Shown one piece after another: positions 60,101 to 64,000 of a DNA stretch of 64,000 bases (its first letter is position 1; every line of letters begins with the position of its first letter). The position numbers and the translations under genes are program-made. Source of the DNA: Rhodosorus marinus CCMP1338 (taxonomy: Eukaryota > Plantae > Rhodophyta); assembly GCA_029953675.1 (NCBI GenBank), contig JAMWBK010000003.1, positions 806,001 through 870,000 of the forward strand, in the 5' to 3' direction. The notes under the pieces are model-generated. The model did no database searches. It had not been told where the DNA came from and worked only from the letters and a program-made list of their open reading frames with translations.

Positions 60101-61207
60101 TCTTACCGGTCATCGGACCGACGCCTGTTCCTTCTCGATTATGATGGAACGCTCACCAGCACGGCGTCGTCAAGTCGAATGGAGCATGCCTGGGCAAGGC
60201 CACACGACAAGGCAATCGGGTAAGTTTTTTCATCCTCGTTTCGCCCAGTACTTTCTGTGTGCTCCCCTCCCCCGATGTCGTTGCAGGTTTTTTTTTGTTA
60301 AAATTGTCTGGGGCGTGTGTACTAGGAACCTGCAAAGACTGGCGGAGGATCGTCGAAATACGATCTATATTCTAAGTGGGCGCACTACAGAAATCCTGGA
60401 GAGCAATTTTGGGGATTTCCGGGCGATCGGAGTTGCAGCTGAGCACGGGTTTTTCTATCGCGAGCCGTGGGACACGGAGTGGAAGACGCAAAAGGTGAAA
60501 AAACAGATGCAGGGAACTTTTCCAGGTAGATCGTTGTTTTCGATTCTGACCACGCTCACCCGGCTTCTCTTCTTGCAATAGAACGTGGAGTTATTGGATC
60601 GGTCCTGGATTGAATCAGTCCACAAAATCATGCAGTCCTACACTCGACGGACTGACGGGTCATACATAGAAGTCAAATCCGTCGGATTGGTGTGGCACTA
60701 TGCTGACGCGGATCCGGAGTTTGGAATCTGGCAGGCGAAAGAGATGCAGCAGCATTTAAGGGATGTATTGAGAGACACGGAGGTCGAAGTCATTACAGGG
60801 TTTGGCTGGTTGCAGGTCCGATACCGGGCGATCAATAAGGGTACCATGGTATCGCGCATTCTCGGATCGATGCTCCAAGAACCGAGCTTTGTCCTATGTG
60901 TCGGTGATGATCGAACGGACGAAGACATGTTCAGTTATCTTGGTACGAGACCTGCGGGAACCCCCCTTGGACAATCGAACTACGTACTTACTGTTTGTTT
61001 TTGCTTCTTTGGTTTGCTCCTACAGATGGCCATCTAGAACCAACCAAATCTACAGTCTTCACCTGCACGGTTGGCATTCAGCCCTCTCGTGCTCGATATT
61101 ATCTTCGTCACAGTGACGAAGTTGTCAACTTGCTCGGATCGTTAACAACAAACGAACTACGATCCTCTGTGAGCTCTCCCGAGGACGTCAAGACAGCGAT
61201 CCTCTAG
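57149..61207 (+). CDS. TPS: CBM20 - class II trehalose-phosphate synthase - phosphatase fusion (candidate floridoside-phosphate synthase), many introns
   Basis: CBM20-like VTFKV..VVIAGSDPALGGWD..WSVSVSL..YEYK; GT20 WIHDYHL, FFLHIPWPSSE, DDLDFIKG, DGLNLIPYEY; HAD DYDGTL and GDDRTDEDMF. Confidence 0.92.
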
Positions 61208-62900
61208 TTTTGCTTTCGTTCCCGTTTAGCAAACAACTTAGTAGGCACCAGCATTTTTGGAGTGGTGTTCTGAGGACATCCACCGAATAAATATCTCTAA
61301 GAAACACGACTGGCACTGACTTCCGAACTGGACTGGACGCTAAGCCTGCGTTTAGCTCGACGATGTTGAGCCTTTGAACGCGCGAATGTTTCGCGCAGTT
61401 TGCCTGGAGCTGCTTTGGCAGCCAAGCAGCTTCTCCGATCTTCGCAGTTACCATTGACAACTTTTTGGAAACCTGGCTTGCTGGACCTCGGCCAAGACTG
61501 CATCTTTAGTTCGAAGGCTTGTCCAGACTTTCAAAATCTACAGCATGCCGTGCTAGGGGCACCGGGAGCGGAGGAAGTTCTAAGTGGAGTGTCATGCACT
61601 TCCAACCCGTCCTGGAGTCAGCCCCATTGCCCGGCTTGCCCTGCGAGATAACTGCCAACCACGCCTCTGCTATGCACTGAGTAGTTGCCGGTGAGCATCG
61701 GTGCTTCTAAGTAGTAATCTCTGTGAACCTATGGGAATAGAAGTCCTTCGAATTCCTCAATAGCTGGCATCGATCGCGTGATATGCCCTTTGAGAACATC
61801 GCCCGCTATCAACCCCGTACAGAGCGCCGGCATCCGCGCGGAGGTCCCAGGAGCTTTTCTAAGGGCTGTTGTACCAATGAGCTTTCGATTTCATCCCAAT
61901 AGAGACGCAAGAATAGCTCCACGAATGATATGATTTCAGCTTTCGACCGCATCGTCAGCTAGCTCAAGAACGATCTCCAGTGCATCAGGGAAGAGACGGA
62001 AACCAAAATCAAAGATAACTATCGTCCAAATTAAGAAAATATCTTCTAAATATATTCTCTAGAATTATAAAAACAAGACTATATCCATAATTAATAAAAA
62101 CAACGCAAAACGTTAGAATATGCCATCCTTGTTTTAGAGCACTTCGAGCCCGTCGTGGTTAAGCAAATGTGCCAAGGGGGTTGCTAAGGAGCGCCATCGG
62201 ATGGCACAAAGCTGTGAGTTCGTGGTCAGTGGAGAGAGGGAGAAAGAGAGAGAGAGATAAGAACTCTTTCCTATAGTTCTCATAGTCTATTTCATTTCGG
62301 TTTTTTCTATAATTCAAGAAGAAGACACACTTCGGATCATAGGGACGCGCGAAGTGGAGGAGAGAGGAGTTGAGTTGAGTATATAAACGGTAGAAGGTTA
62401 GGAGAGGGAGAGAGAGTGCGGGTAGTGAGCAGAGATGGGCTTCCTTTCCTTTTGATTAGCCTTCCTATGGTCCTAGTTTTGCGGATCACGAGACGAAGTG
62501 GAAATCCGTTTAGTGACAGAGGTGTGGTGTACCTTTGCTGTTGATTGAGAGCTAAGCTAGCTTTGAGAGCCTGATCTGGAATGACAGAGAAGCTTTCTGT
62601 CCTTTCATTGTAGGAAGAAGAAGTTGGTTTTAGGGACCGTCACGGATTGTATAGTGAATCAGATAGAGAGGTGTTGGATATCTGTTTGGAGCATGGAGGA
62701 AAGTCGGAAGTAGGAATCCCATATGTGTCTATGCGGTTCTGTGTAATTTTTTTTTGGTGGTTTCGATTTGTAGAGAATGGAAGCATGGAGACGAAAGTGA
62801 TGTGATCCGTGAAGACGTAAATGTAACGGACAGCAAACCCTAGTGAGAAGAGTGTGATCTTTTTAGGGGCGTTTTGGGAAGGATCTGCTCGCAGTCAACG

Positions 62901-63921
62901 ATGGATGCAGACGTCGGTGACTATGTGGTCTGTTCAAGTCCAGAGTATATGGGAACGACTGGAAGGATTGTGCATATTGAGCGGGGCGGATCTGATCCAT
63001 GTATGAAGCTGAAATGGTATTGGGGGTTTTATGAGATCCTTAGGAATATTGATATGACGGGGAAGCCACCTATTGAGATTGGTGAACTGTACGCGACTAC
63101 AACAGAGTAAGTCCTAAGCACTACTACGCATCATTCTTCAAAAAAAAATTCGTGCGGTAAGTGAGAACGGACTTGCCGTTGGAGCTGGGCTAGATCCTAA
63201 ACTATGTTTTTGTTGAACCTCATTTAGAAAGAAACTGCCCGCGAACGTAACGATGCGGAAGATTAGGATAACTTCGAAGGATGTTTTTGACACGCTTCCT
63301 CAGGCAGGAAAGGGAACACAAGTTTTCTTTTGCCGCTTCGTTTGCAGTCTATCAGATAAGTAAGCAGTGGAAGCTTAATCTCGGAATCTCTTAGCTGGAG
63401 CTGCTTCTGATGACAGAATCGCTGCTTTGTTTTTAGGAAACTGACGGAGGCGAAAGAGGAGGACCTGGATTTTGAGCCCAGCCCCAGGAAGAGGAAAGCC
63501 GAGGATGTCGACGACACAGACGATCGTGTTCAGTGAGTACCAATCCAACGAAAGCTTGCACATCCTCCTACAGGAAAAAGCCTCCACACCCGCTTCTGAT
63601 TCGAGTTTACTTGCTTCGCTTTTGCAGAAAATCCGTCAACAAGATCAGGGAAGCAATGATTCCGGACTTCAACAAATGCAACATCGAGGACAAGAGGTTC
63701 GTGATGGATGCTTTGAAAACATACGCGAAATCTATGGTAAGAATAGACAGGAGACTTGTCCGATCTCCTTTGAAAATTGTTTCTGCTTTCAGCGCTGGTG
63801 CGTTCTAGGAACCCCAAAGACGGTCTCCACCGCCCTGACATCTGCTTCTAATTTGATGTTTAGAAAACCTTCCTCGACGACAACAAGAAGGCTGAGAACA
63901 AAATCACGAGGGTACTATTGA
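62901..63921 (+). CDS. BAH-domain-containing protein, multi-exon; ends uncertain
   Basis: VGDYVV..GRIVHI..MKLKWYW..ELYAT|..KIRI..FFCRF matches a BAH pattern, followed by an acidic/basic NLS-like exon (PRKRK). Confidence 0.5.
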
Positions 63922-64000
63922 CAACTTTTATAAGGTCACTGCCTCCTGCCAGTAAGAACCCGAAGATTAGACTCCGAAAACCCGCCACAACCGCGGAGGA

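Overview
Gene-dense eukaryotic nuclear DNA with short (about 70-140 nt) spliceosomal introns. A red alga is the most likely source (inference from an MAFV-type plastid transit peptide, a CBM20-TPS-TPP fusion and a coiled-coil + SHAQKYF-class MYB). Housekeeping genes: OMA1-like M48 peptidase, atypical plastid thioredoxin, SSRP1/POB3, SCO1, UPF0390-like protein, mitoferrin-type carrier, BCD1/ZNHIT6, glutamate dehydrogenase, LON-RING protein, OSBP, ESF2/ABT1, a class II TPS/TPP with CBM20, and a BAH-domain protein. The standout is a ~3,000-aa unconventional myosin (33268-42642): Pro/Ala/Lys repeat N-terminus, motor, IQ-like helices, three tandem Toc34/AIG1-like P-loop GTPase domains, a J-domain and fascin-like beta-trefoil repeats. 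An accessory region (about 6.4-15.8 kb) holds scrambled LTR-retrotransposon debris. It also holds a near-identical 1,386-bp duplication of a MYB gene; between the two copies lie two intronless orphan ORFs (one GNAT-like), each followed by the same 205-bp 3' module. No tRNA, rRNA or CRISPR array was recognised. All domain calls come from motif recognition by eye and exon boundaries from manual splice-site reading; no searches were run.
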